Assembly (NCBI GenBank): GCA_964485455.1
Contig: CAZAJU010000001.1
Span: 1 to 63,981, forward strand
From: an uncultured Tissierella sp.
Lineage (GTDB): Bacteria; Bacillota; Clostridia; Tissierellales; Tissierellaceae
DNA: 63,981 bases
Direction: 5' to 3'
Positions within the stretch are counted from its first letter, which is position 1. Each line of letters starts with the position of its first letter. The translations under genes and the position numbers were made by a program. Under the pieces are notes generated by a model. The model saw only the letters and a list, made by a program, of their open reading frames with translations, did not search any database and had not been told where the DNA came from. Of this stretch, positions 55,304 through 63,981 are shown in pieces.

Positions 55304-55338
55304 GGCTTCCCATTTAAATAAATGGAAGCCTTATTTTT
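55297..55338. terminator. Bidirectional terminator between the small ORF and rpmB
   Basis: AAAATAAGGCTTCC...GGAAGCCTTATTTTT. Confidence 0.85.
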
Positions 55339-55341
55339 CAA

Positions 55342-55533
55342 TTATAATGCTCTTTCTACATATCCTGATCTTAAACATCTTGTACATACATTTACTCTCT
55401 TTACGGAACCCTTAACAACAGCTCTTACAGATCTAATATTAGGTGCCCAACTTCTTGAGCTTTTCTTATTTGAGAAAGTAACCTTGTTACCAAAAACTTT
55501 TCCCTTACCACATACTTCACATACCTTAGACAT
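55342..55533 (-). CDS. rpmB: 50S ribosomal protein L28 (zinc-ribbon type)
   Basis: MSKVCEVCGK...GN.V.FS...R.W.PN...CTRCLRSG; GGAGG RBS. Confidence 0.97.
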   Translation of the reverse strand: MSKVCEVCGKGKVFGNKVTFSNKKSSRSWAPNIRSVRAVVKGSVKRVNVCTRCLRSGYVERAL

Positions 55534-55725
55534 GAAAAACACCTCCTTAATTCAAAACATATAATAATTTATTTTCAATTTAGAATAATACACTATATTT
55601 TAACACAATTAAGCATAAAAAAGCAACCTTAATATATGATAATATTAGAATGTTGTATATTAGTTGAAGAAATCCTTAATTTATTGTAAAATAAATAGAT
55701 ATAAATAAAGAATGGAGGCGGTTTA

Positions 55726-56082
55726 ATGGCAGCCAAAATAACTACTGATTTAGGAGTAATTACTATAGATGATAATGTTATAGCGAATATAGCTGGAATA
55801 GCTGCGATGGAAAGTTACGGAATAGTTGGAATGGCTTCAAAAAATGCAACAGAAGGACTTTTTGAATTGCTAAAATCAGATTATCTTTCAAAGGGAATAA
55901 AGGTATCCACTAAAGATGACTTGTTGGTTATAGATTTACATGTTATATTGGAATATGGTGTACGTATATCGGTTGTAGCTGAAAATATTATTGATAGGGT
56001 AAAGTTTAGCGTAGAAAAACATACAGGACTAAAAGTTGGTAAGATCAACATAAACGTTCAAGGAATAAGAGTAGAAAAGTAA
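55726..56082 (+). CDS. yloU: Asp23/Gls24 family protein (YloU)
   Basis: IAGIAAMESYGIVGMAS, IDLHVILEYGV, INVQG. Confidence 0.92.
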   Translation: MAAKITTDLGVITIDDNVIANIAGIAAMESYGIVGMASKNATEGLFELLKSDYLSKGIKVSTKDDLLVIDLHVILEYGVRISVVAENIIDRVKFSVEKHTGLKVGKININVQGIRVEK

Positions 56083-56100
56083 TTTGAGGAGGTACTATAC

Positions 56101-57756
56101 TTGATTTCGAATATTATAGATGGAGTTATGCTAAAGAGGGCTTTAAATAGCGCTGCATCACTCCTTGAGCTTAACAAGGAGGAAGTAAACTCCTTAAATG
56201 TATTCCCTGTTCCAGATGGAGATACAGGAACAAATATGCTGTTAACTGTAAAGTCTGCTCTTAAACAAGGATTAGCAGTTGAAGAGAACAATGCTTCAAA
56301 GATTGCCTTAGGAGCAAGTCAAGGCTCATTAATGGGTGCTAGAGGAAACTCTGGAGTTATTCTTTCCCAATTATTTAGAGGCTTTGCAAATGGACTTAAT
56401 GGTAGTGAAACTATTGATATTAAATCTTTGGCAGAAGCGTTTAAACAAGCATCAGAAACGGCTTATAAAGCTGTTATGAAGCCTACAGAAGGTACTATAT
56501 TGACCGTAGCTAGAGAATGTGGAGAATTTGCCATGTCCAATTACAAGAAGGAAAAGGATATAGCAGAGTTCTTACGAAAAATCATAGCTCATGGTAATGA
56601 TGCCTTAGCAAGAACTCCTGATATGTTACCTGTACTTAAACAGGCAGGGGTCGTGGATGCTGGAGGAAAAGGGCTGATTTATCTTTATACTGGTTTTTAT
56701 AATTCATTAATAGGTGCTGATGATTATGCAGGGCTAATATCTGAAGAAGTAAAACCTTTAAAAGAGGCTTCAATGGCTAGAGAACATATCGATACAGATG
56801 ATATAAAATTTGGTTATTGTACAGAATTTATGATAAATACAAATAATGATGATATTGATGGTTTAAGAAATGAGCTATCTAAACTTGGTGATTCACTATT
56901 AGTGGTTGGTGGTGAGGGGATTATTAAGGTACATGTTCATACTAATAATCCGGGAACTGCTTTAGAAACAGCACTTAAACTAGGTAGCCTAAAGGATATT
57001 AAAATCGATAATATGAGATTCCAGCATGAAGAAGTTCTTTTAAAGGATGAACTAAAAGCTATGGATAATCTATCTGAAAATGAGGAGAAAGTTTTAGATA
57101 AGGAATATTCATTTATAGCTGTTTCTGTGGGAAAGGGCATCGATGATGTATTTAATAATCTAAATGTTGATGAAATCGTCACAGGTGGACAAACTATGAA
57201 TCCAAGCACAGAGGATTTTATAAATGCCATAAACAAAACAACTGGAAGAAATGTTATTATCCTTCCTAACAATAGCAACATAATCCTAGCGGCAGAACAA
57301 ACTAAGAATATAAGTAATAGAAATATTTCCGTTCTACCTACTAAAAATATCCCTGAAGGCATATCAGCATTACTTGCTTTTAATGAAGATTTAACTTTAG
57401 ATGAGAATATTGAAAATATGAAAGAGGCATTTCAAAGCATAGTAACAGGGCAAGTAACTTATGCAGTAAGAGATACAGAGTTCAATAATACTAAGATTCA
57501 TAAGGATGATATAATAGGATTATCCGGCAAGGAAATACGATCTGCAGGCAAGGACATCAATGATGTTACTGTTGATTTGATTGAAAAGAGCTTTAAAGAC
57601 GATGCATCCATAATAACAGTTCTATATGGGGAAAATGTTGATGAAGCAATTTCTAATGATTTGTTGGAGAGATTAGAGGAAAAATATGATGATTTGGATA
57701 TAGAAGTGATTTATGGTGGTCAACCATTATATTATTATTTTATTTCTATAGAATAA
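56101..57756 (+). CDS. fakA: DAK2-domain fatty acid kinase subunit A (YloV)
   Basis: LNVFPVPDGDTGTNM, GARGNSGVI, YCTEF, HVHT, GGQTMNPS, GGQPLY. Confidence 0.94.
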   Translation: MISNIIDGVMLKRALNSAASLLELNKEEVNSLNVFPVPDGDTGTNMLLTVKSALKQGLAVEENNASKIALGASQGSLMGARGNSGVILSQLFRGFANGLNGSETIDIKSLAEAFKQASETAYKAVMKPTEGTILTVARECGEFAMSNYKKEKDIAEFLRKIIAHGNDALARTPDMLPVLKQAGVVDAGGKGLIYLYTGFYNSLIGADDYAGLISEEVKPLKEASMAREHIDTDDIKFGYCTEFMINTNNDDIDGLRNELSKLGDSLLVVGGEGIIKVHVHTNNPGTALETALKLGSLKDIKIDNMRFQHEEVLLKDELKAMDNLSENEEKVLDKEYSFIAVSVGKGIDDVFNNLNVDEIVTGGQTMNPSTEDFINAINKTTGRNVIILPNNSNIILAAEQTKNISNRNISVLPTKNIPEGISALLAFNEDLTLDENIENMKEAFQSIVTGQVTYAVRDTEFNNTKIHKDDIIGLSGKEIRSAGKDINDVTVDLIEKSFKDDASIITVLYGENVDEAISNDLLERLEEKYDDLDIEVIYGGQPLYYYFISIE

Positions 57757-57782
57757 CCCTACCTATGGTAGGGTTTTGTTTT
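57755..57782 (+). terminator. Terminator-like hairpin after fakA
   Basis: AACCCTACC-TAT-GGTAGGGTT-TTGTTTT. Confidence 0.7.
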
Positions 57783-57796
57783 AAACAGGAGGTAAT

Positions 57797-59854
57797 ATGG
57801 GCAATTTGGATATGAGTATACAATACTTAAAAGGAGTTGGACCAAAGAGAGCATACCGTCTTAGGCGGCTTAACATTCAAACCGTAAGAGACTTAATCTA
57901 TTTTGTGCCAAGGGAGTATGATGATCGGACTAGCTATAAGACCTTGATAGAATCCAAGAGGGATGAAAAAGTAAGTTTGAAGGTTGAAATAACTGGATAT
58001 GGAACTATAAATAGACCAAGGAAAAATTTTTCAATTTTGAAGGTACCTTTTAAGGATAACAGCGGATTTGGAAATATGGTCTGGTTTAATCAGGATTATT
58101 TAAAGGATAGATTTGTTCCAGGACAAGTGTACGTAATCAACGGTAAGTACAATAAAATAGGCATGGAGCACCAGATAATAAATCCTGTTTTTGAAAATCC
58201 AGATGAATCCAAGAAAGTTGGAATAGTATTACCCGTTTATCCTCTTACGGAAGGCTTAAAAAATCAAGAATTGGTAAATATAATTAAGGCTACCCTTAAG
58301 GAATTTTTGTATGATATTTATGAATTTCTTCCAGATGATTTGATAAATAAGTATAATTTTATGGATATAAGAAAATCACTTTATACAATTCATTTTCCAA
58401 AAAGCAAGGAGGAAATGATTAAAGCAAGAAATAGGCTTGCCTATGAAGAACTTTTTATTATTCAGCTAGGATTATTTATTATAAAAAATAAAGTGATGAT
58501 GAGCGGAGATGGAATAATATTTCCTACTCAAAAAGAGGTGTATGACTTTATTGAAAAGCTACCATTTAAACTTACTAAAGCTCAAAATAAAGTATTGGAT
58601 GAAATTTTATCTGATATGGAGTCCAGCAAGCAGATGAATAGGTTAGTTCAAGGGGATGTAGGTTCTGGTAAAACAATAGTAGGAATAATCTCTATGTACA
58701 AAGCAGTTCTAAGTGGATATCAAGCTGCGATGATGGCACCCACTGAAATACTAGCTGCTCAACATTTTGAGTCCATCTCAAAAGTATTTGAGGGCTCAAA
58801 TATCAAATGTAAACTTCTTGTAGGAAGCCTATCTAAAAAGAATAAGGATTTGATTTTAGAGGATTTAAAAGAAGGACGAATAGATATCATAGTAGGTACA
58901 CATGCTTTAATTCAGGATAGTGTTCAGTTTCAAAATCTTGGTTTAGTAATAACCGACGAACAGCATAGATTTGGAGTAAAGCAAAGAGCCATTTTAAGTA
59001 AAAAAGGGAAAAATCCTGATACTATTGTAATGACTGCAACCCCAATACCTAGAACACTAGGTTTGATACTCTATGGAGATTTGGATATATCCATTATAGA
59101 TGAACTTCCTCCAGGTAGAAAGGAGATAGAGACCTATGCTGTAGGGGAAGATATGAAGGAAAGAATCTATGCATTTATACGAAAACAGCTAATAGAAGGT
59201 AGACAATGCTATATAGTTTGTCCCCTAATTGAAGAATCTGAAAGTATGGATATTAATTCTGCTGAGGAGCTTTATAATAAATTAAAACATGAAATCTTTT
59301 CGGAATTCAACGTTGGACTTCTACACGGGAAAATGACACCTAGGGATAAGGATATAATCATGGATGAATTTAAGAAAAATATAGTTCAAATACTAGTTTC
59401 TACTACTGTTATAGAGGTGGGTGTAAATGTTCCTAATGCAAATTTAATGGTGGTTTTCAATGCAGAACGCTTTGGTTTAGCTCAACTTCATCAATTAAGA
59501 GGTAGAGTTGGTAGAGGAGAGTACCAGTCTTATTGTATCTTAATTAACGAAAGTATGAATCCAATTTCTCGAGAAAGAATGAGAATTCTTCAATCATCTA
59601 GCGATGGCTTTAAAATATCTGAAAAAGACTTGGAGCTTAGGGGACCAGGTGAGTTTTTTGGGACGAGACAGCATGGTTTACCCGAGTTAAAAGTAGCTAA
59701 TTTAGTCAGAGATATGGAGATATTAAAGCATGCTCAAAAGGATGCCCAAGAGATAATCGACTTAGATCCTCTACTTCAAAGGGAAAAATATACTAATCTA
59801 AGGATTAAAGTTGAAGAACTCTTTGATAAAATTAACCATGAATTAGATTATTAA
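57797..59854 (+). CDS. recG: ATP-dependent DNA helicase RecG
   Basis: QGDVGSGKT, DEQHRFG, TATPIPRT, QLRGRVGRG, RGPGE..G.RQHG. Confidence 0.97.
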   Translation: MGNLDMSIQYLKGVGPKRAYRLRRLNIQTVRDLIYFVPREYDDRTSYKTLIESKRDEKVSLKVEITGYGTINRPRKNFSILKVPFKDNSGFGNMVWFNQDYLKDRFVPGQVYVINGKYNKIGMEHQIINPVFENPDESKKVGIVLPVYPLTEGLKNQELVNIIKATLKEFLYDIYEFLPDDLINKYNFMDIRKSLYTIHFPKSKEEMIKARNRLAYEELFIIQLGLFIIKNKVMMSGDGIIFPTQKEVYDFIEKLPFKLTKAQNKVLDEILSDMESSKQMNRLVQGDVGSGKTIVGIISMYKAVLSGYQAAMMAPTEILAAQHFESISKVFEGSNIKCKLLVGSLSKKNKDLILEDLKEGRIDIIVGTHALIQDSVQFQNLGLVITDEQHRFGVKQRAILSKKGKNPDTIVMTATPIPRTLGLILYGDLDISIIDELPPGRKEIETYAVGEDMKERIYAFIRKQLIEGRQCYIVCPLIEESESMDINSAEELYNKLKHEIFSEFNVGLLHGKMTPRDKDIIMDEFKKNIVQILVSTTVIEVGVNVPNANLMVVFNAERFGLAQLHQLRGRVGRGEYQSYCILINESMNPISRERMRILQSSSDGFKISEKDLELRGPGEFFGTRQHGLPELKVANLVRDMEILKHAQKDAQEIIDLDPLLQREKYTNLRIKVEELFDKINHELDY

Positions 59855-59912
59855 AGTTCAATTATTAGATAAAATGTGATAGAATAGTGGTTAATTAGAA
59901 AGGAAGATCATA

Positions 59913-60473
59913 TTGAGAGTTATATCTGGTGAAAGAAAAGGACATAAATTAAAAGCTCCTAAGGGAATGGAAACTAGGCCTACGGAGGATAGAATAAAAG
60001 AAAATCTCTTCAATATATTAAAACCTTTAAAAAGTGAAGCAGTTGTGTTAGATCTTTTTAGTGGTTCTGGAGCAATTGGGATAGAATTTTTAAGCAGGGG
60101 TTCCAAACTAGCTTATTTTATTGATATTTCTCAATCAAGTATAGATGTTATAAAAGAAAATTTAAACCATACTGGATTTACAGAAAAAAGTATAATTCTT
60201 AAAAGGGATTCAATTGGAGCCCTAAATTTCTTTAAGTCTAATGGAATAAAATTTGATTATATTTATATGGATCCACCTTTTAAAAATCATGATTTGCTAT
60301 TTAATTCAATGAAACTGGTTGCTGATTATGATTTGTTAAGTGAATTTGGAAAGTTAATAGTAGAACATGAAACAAATTTTAATCCTGTTATGGAGTCAGG
60401 TGCTCTTCAAAGATATGATGCTCGTAAGTATGGAAGTAAAACACTATCCTTTTTTAAAAATAGAGAGGTTTAA
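59913..60473 (+). CDS. rsmD: 16S rRNA m2G966 methyltransferase
   Basis: RVISG, TRPT, DLFSGSG..GIE, DPPF. Confidence 0.95.
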   Translation: MRVISGERKGHKLKAPKGMETRPTEDRIKENLFNILKPLKSEAVVLDLFSGSGAIGIEFLSRGSKLAYFIDISQSSIDVIKENLNHTGFTEKSIILKRDSIGALNFFKSNGIKFDYIYMDPPFKNHDLLFNSMKLVADYDLLSEFGKLIVEHETNFNPVMESGALQRYDARKYGSKTLSFFKNREV

Positions 60474-60475
60474 TT

Positions 60476-60958
60476 ATGAGAGTGATATATCCAGGAAGCT
60501 TTGATCCATTGACCAATGGACATATAGATATAATCGAAAGATGTTCTGAGCAATTTGAGCAAGTTACAGTAGCAGTTCTAGTAAATAATTCTAAAGTAGG
60601 ACTATTCACAACACAGGAGAGATTAGATTTGATCAAGGAGACTACAAAACATTTAAATAACGTTAAAGTAGATTCTTTTAGCGGGCTCTTAATCGATTAT
60701 GCAAAGAAAATTGATACTAATATTATAGTTAAGGGATTGAGAGCAGTATCTGATTTTGAATATGAAATGCAAATGGCTTTAGCTAACAAAGAACTATATC
60801 CAAAGCTAGAAACTTTTTTTATGGTATCAAATACTAAATACTCCTTTTTAAGCTCAAGTATAGTCAAGGAGGTTTCAGTACTTGGAGGAGATGTTTCTGG
60901 GTTTGTTCCAAAAATAGTTGAAGATGCTTTAAAAGATAAAATCAAAGGGGGATTTTAA
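60476..60958 (+). CDS. coaD: Phosphopantetheine adenylyltransferase
   Basis: [29 protein letters not shown]. Confidence 0.97.
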   Translation: MRVIYPGSFDPLTNGHIDIIERCSEQFEQVTVAVLVNNSKVGLFTTQERLDLIKETTKHLNNVKVDSFSGLLIDYAKKIDTNIIVKGLRAVSDFEYEMQMALANKELYPKLETFFMVSNTKYSFLSSSIVKEVSVLGGDVSGFVPKIVEDALKDKIKGGF

Positions 60959-61405
60959 ATGGATATATTAGATCTTATTGATGAAGTAGAAGATATTGTT
61001 GAAGCTGGGACAAGCGTGCCCTTTACCGGTAAGGTCATGGTTGACAAGGAGGAAATTCTAGACATTATTAAAGAAATCAGAATAAAACTTCCTGATGAAA
61101 TCAAGCAAGCAGCATGGATTAAAGAAGAGAGACAAAGAATATTAGCAGAAGCCCAAAAGGATGCTGATAATTTGATTAATGAAGCTAATTATAAACTTAA
61201 AGAGATGGTTGACGAAGATGAGGTTATTAGGGTAGCAAACCAAAGAGCTGAAGATATAGTAACAAGAGCCCAAATAAATGCTAAGGAAATTAGGATAGGC
61301 GCTATGGAATATGCTGATACCTTATTAGAAGAAACTCAGGAGAATTTAAAAGAGGTTATACAATTACTTAATGACAATAGAAAAGAACTCAGGGGAAATG
61401 ACTAA
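60959..61405 (+). CDS. Conserved coiled-coil protein (ATP synthase b/DivIVA-like)
   Basis: VPFTGKVMVD, LPDEIKQA, GAMEYAD; usual position after coaD. Confidence 0.75.
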   Translation: MDILDLIDEVEDIVEAGTSVPFTGKVMVDKEEILDIIKEIRIKLPDEIKQAAWIKEERQRILAEAQKDADNLINEANYKLKEMVDEDEVIRVANQRAEDIVTRAQINAKEIRIGAMEYADTLLEETQENLKEVIQLLNDNRKELRGND

Positions 61406-62577
61406 GTTCTTCTCCTAAATTCCTGGATAAATATACTAAGTATTATCAAAAACATAATTGAACTGAATACCAATGTTGTAGAGCTGGTTAATATCTTTAA
61501 CCAGCTATTTGTATATATATTAAAAGGCTCTCTAGGAATAAAAGTGCTTATTATTTTATTTTTATAGAATAACAAATACATTATATAGGTGTAAATAAAT
61601 GATAAAAATCCATGAAAGGCCTTAGAGATTAGATAGAATCTGGTATTTATATCTGTATCGCTTATAAAGCTAATAGCCTGACTATGAATTGAGAAGCCAC
61701 CCCAACCTATGATAAGATTAATAAATAGAATTTTCTTGATCAATGGTATATTTAGTTCTGATATTAAGGCACAACCATTAGTAATTTCTATGATTCCTGC
61801 AACTATAGCTTTTAAAGCTATAGTTTCTATTTTTGTTATCTTGGATAATATTATTAATATGAAATTAAACCCACTGGAATCCAAAATAATTTTTATAACA
61901 ACAGAGTATATTATTACAAACCCTCCCACTATTAGCATGGAATTCATACTATCCATAACGGATTTAGATAAAATGGCTCCGGCAGATTTCTCATGGGTCT
62001 TTAAGAGAATATTTCTATTCATAATATGGTCTTTATTATACTTGTAATCTCTTTTTTGTCTATTAGATAGTCCAAGTAAAAATCCAATAGTCAATGCGCC
62101 TAAATAATGAGGAATCAGCAATAAAAATCCAAGCTCAGGTGAACCAAGCATCCCTATAGCCACTGAGCCCAATATAAAAAGTGGCCCAGATGTGGAACAA
62201 AAGCCTATTAATCTATTTGCTTCATTTTTAGAGATTAGACCTTCACTCCTAATCTTTGATGTTAACCTAGAACCTATGGGATAGCCGCTCAAAATACTCA
62301 TGGTTAGGGGGAAAGCCCCTACTCCTGGAACGTTGAATAAAGGGCGCATGATTGGCTCCAGATACCTTGTAAAGTAATCGACCAAACCAAAGGAAATCAT
62401 TAAATCAGTTATTAAGATGAAGGGGAATAAGGAAGGCAGAAGTATGTTAAACCATATATTTAATCCTTGTTTTGCACTTTCGATGGATTTATTTGGATCA
62501 ATTATTATCTCTATTGCTATAAATAAAAGCATAAGTCCTGTAAAAATTTTTATCTTATTCCTATGCATATTATCCAC
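61402..62577 (-). CDS. ylbJ: Sporulation integral membrane protein YlbJ
   Basis: GLNIW..ILLPSLFPF, SGYPIG, SGPLFILG.V, GIIEITNG, GWGGFSIHSQ. Confidence 0.9.
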   Translation of the reverse strand: MDNMHRNKIKIFTGLMLLFIAIEIIIDPNKSIESAKQGLNIWFNILLPSLFPFILITDLMISFGLVDYFTRYLEPIMRPLFNVPGVGAFPLTMSILSGYPIGSRLTSKIRSEGLISKNEANRLIGFCSTSGPLFILGSVAIGMLGSPELGFLLLIPHYLGALTIGFLLGLSNRQKRDYKYNKDHIMNRNILLKTHEKSAGAILSKSVMDSMNSMLIVGGFVIIYSVVIKIILDSSGFNFILIILSKITKIETIALKAIVAGIIEITNGCALISELNIPLIKKILFINLIIGWGGFSIHSQAISFISDTDINTRFYLISKAFHGFLSFIYTYIMYLLFYKNKIISTFIPREPFNIYTNSWLKILTSSTTLVFSSIMFLIILSIFIQEFRRRT

Positions 62578-62595
62578 TCTCTCTTTCTTTCTATA

Positions 62596-62622
62596 AATAT
62601 ATGAAAGAGGGTAGACAATTAT
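62596..62622 (-). promoter_or_regulatory. SigE-type mother-cell promoter for ylbJ
   Basis: Minus strand ATA-N16-CATATATT. Confidence 0.65.
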
Positions 62623-63863
62623 TTAATATATGGCGAAGTTATATAATCCATTTTTTCATAGTGTTTTGTTTTGCTTATTCCAAGAAAATATAAATCCGTA
62701 GCCTTTTCTTCAAAGCCTAAAAATAGGTTTATATTTGCATTATTGAGTTTCTTATAGCTTGAGTATTTGGTGATTATAGAGATTTCAGAGGTTTTTGATA
62801 ATCTTTGAAGGATTTCCATGCCTTTTTTATTAACCCCAAGTACTCTTATATATTCGATTGGTAACTCATAGAGCTTTTTTATTTCATCTCGATGTAAATC
62901 CATTAAGAGATGTATAAGGATTCTCTTTATTCGCGTTGAAGGATATCTCTTTGTAACTACTTCATCAATAAGTTCATTCAATTTATAGTGCTTTAAACTT
63001 AGTCTTAAAATTCGATTTTCAAGACCTTCCTCCATATCCATAATTTTTCTAAGATCATCAGAAGTTTTAATTCTGAATAAATACTGGAGTATTTCATTAT
63101 AGTTATCTATTTGATTAAAAATAGAATATCTATTATGGAATTCTATAAGGTATTTATAGGCTTCCTTTGGCATGAAATCACTTATAGAGTTTATGCTTTC
63201 AGTAAGTAATTTATTTCTGATTCCTGTTGCTGATGCTACTGTAGTTGTTATCTGGTTGTCCTTATATCTATTTCCCACCCGTCCTACAGTAAAAGGCTCA
63301 ATAGATGAATTTAGTCTTATGAGACTCTTAAGATACTCTATTCCTAATATATTGTTAGACTCTTTTAGCATACTGGCATAATCGTAAGTATCACTTGAAT
63401 CTAGAGATTTTATATAAGAATCCAATGAATTGCTTCTTGAAGCAGAATAGGCCATGCCCTTTTTTAAATTTTCCTTTAGCATATCTTTATACTTTAAAGG
63501 TTCGTCAGATAGGATACTTGCAGCTTTTTTTAGCTTGCTTAGTTCTCCATTTTCGCTTCCAAATGAAATGCAGTCGACTATATTTAAAGAATTTAATATC
63601 TTAAGAGCTCCATATGCAAAGAGTTCTGCACTTTGAACAGAGAATACAAAAGGCAACTCGATTACCAAATCTACCCCGTTATCTATTGCCATCTTGGCCC
63701 TAGTCCATTTGTCCACTAAAGCAGGCTCACCTCTTTGCACAAAGGAAGAACTCATTATTGCTATGGAATGTGTAGCGTCAGTGATTTTAAGGGACTGATC
63801 TAGATGGTATTTGTGACCTAGGTGGAAGGGATTGTATTCAGTAATTAATCCTACTATTTTCAT
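62619..63863 (-). CDS. tmcAL: tRNA(Met) cytidine acetate ligase (YlbM)
   Basis: EYNPFHLGH, FVQRGEP, SNNILGIEY, SATGIR; ATG 63863 after GGAGG. Confidence 0.92.
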   Translation of the reverse strand: MKIVGLITEYNPFHLGHKYHLDQSLKITDATHSIAIMSSSFVQRGEPALVDKWTRAKMAIDNGVDLVIELPFVFSVQSAELFAYGALKILNSLNIVDCISFGSENGELSKLKKAASILSDEPLKYKDMLKENLKKGMAYSASRSNSLDSYIKSLDSSDTYDYASMLKESNNILGIEYLKSLIRLNSSIEPFTVGRVGNRYKDNQITTTVASATGIRNKLLTESINSISDFMPKEAYKYLIEFHNRYSIFNQIDNYNEILQYLFRIKTSDDLRKIMDMEEGLENRILRLSLKHYKLNELIDEVVTKRYPSTRIKRILIHLLMDLHRDEIKKLYELPIEYIRVLGVNKKGMEILQRLSKTSEISIITKYSSYKKLNNANINLFLGFEEKATDLYFLGISKTKHYEKMDYITSPYIK

Positions 63864-63981
63864 AATTTCCTCCATTTTATATCTGTTAGTATATATTATC
63901 TCAGAGGAAATAATAAAAACAACTAGTTTAAGAAATTTATGTTGTTGATTTTTTAACTAATTTGTAATACTATTGTTATAA

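Noticed and set aside
55153-55564. Track ORFs 55153-55341 (-) and 55322-55564 (+)
   Set aside because: Antisense shadows of the RBS-supported 56-aa ORF and of rpmB

Overview
AT-rich chromosomal core-genome window from an anaerobic spore-forming Firmicute. Gene content and order suggest Tissierellia/Clostridia (inference). It is almost entirely + strand housekeeping blocks: asnA behind an Asn T-box; bofC-ruvCAB-queA-tgt-yajC; the SCIFF ranthipeptide pair scfA/scfB; recJ-rel-dtd-hemZ-aspS; rseC-csoR-like-glyA; der-plsY-gpsA-spoIVA; yggS-sepF-yggT-ylmH-divIVA-ylyA-lspA-rluD-pyrR; rqcH; yloC-remA-gmk-rpoZ-coaBC-priA-def-fmt-rsmB-rlmN-prpC-prkC-rsgA-rpe; TPP riboswitch-thiT-thiN; rpmB; asp23-fakA-recG-rsmD-coaD; ylbJ; tmcAL. 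I saw no CRISPR array, transposase, integrase, phage gene, rRNA or intact tRNA, and I cannot support a claim of a new multi-gene system. Two real genes are missing from the ORF track: scfA (11448-11588) and a 56-aa two-TM protein at the spoVM-syntenic position (55133-55303). The best leads are a decayed tRNA 3' half at the left edge (possible att scar); an uncharacterised 244-aa gene with a triple 11-bp-phased repeat plus a Spo0A box; an rseC + Cys/Cys CsoR-family sensor cassette in front of glyA; a membrane-anchored small-barrel protein plus an orphan membrane-fusion protein heading the sepF/divIVA operon; and the 56-aa ORF. All product calls come from motif recognition and synteny, not database searches. 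Several starts were moved from the ORF track to RBS-supported codons.
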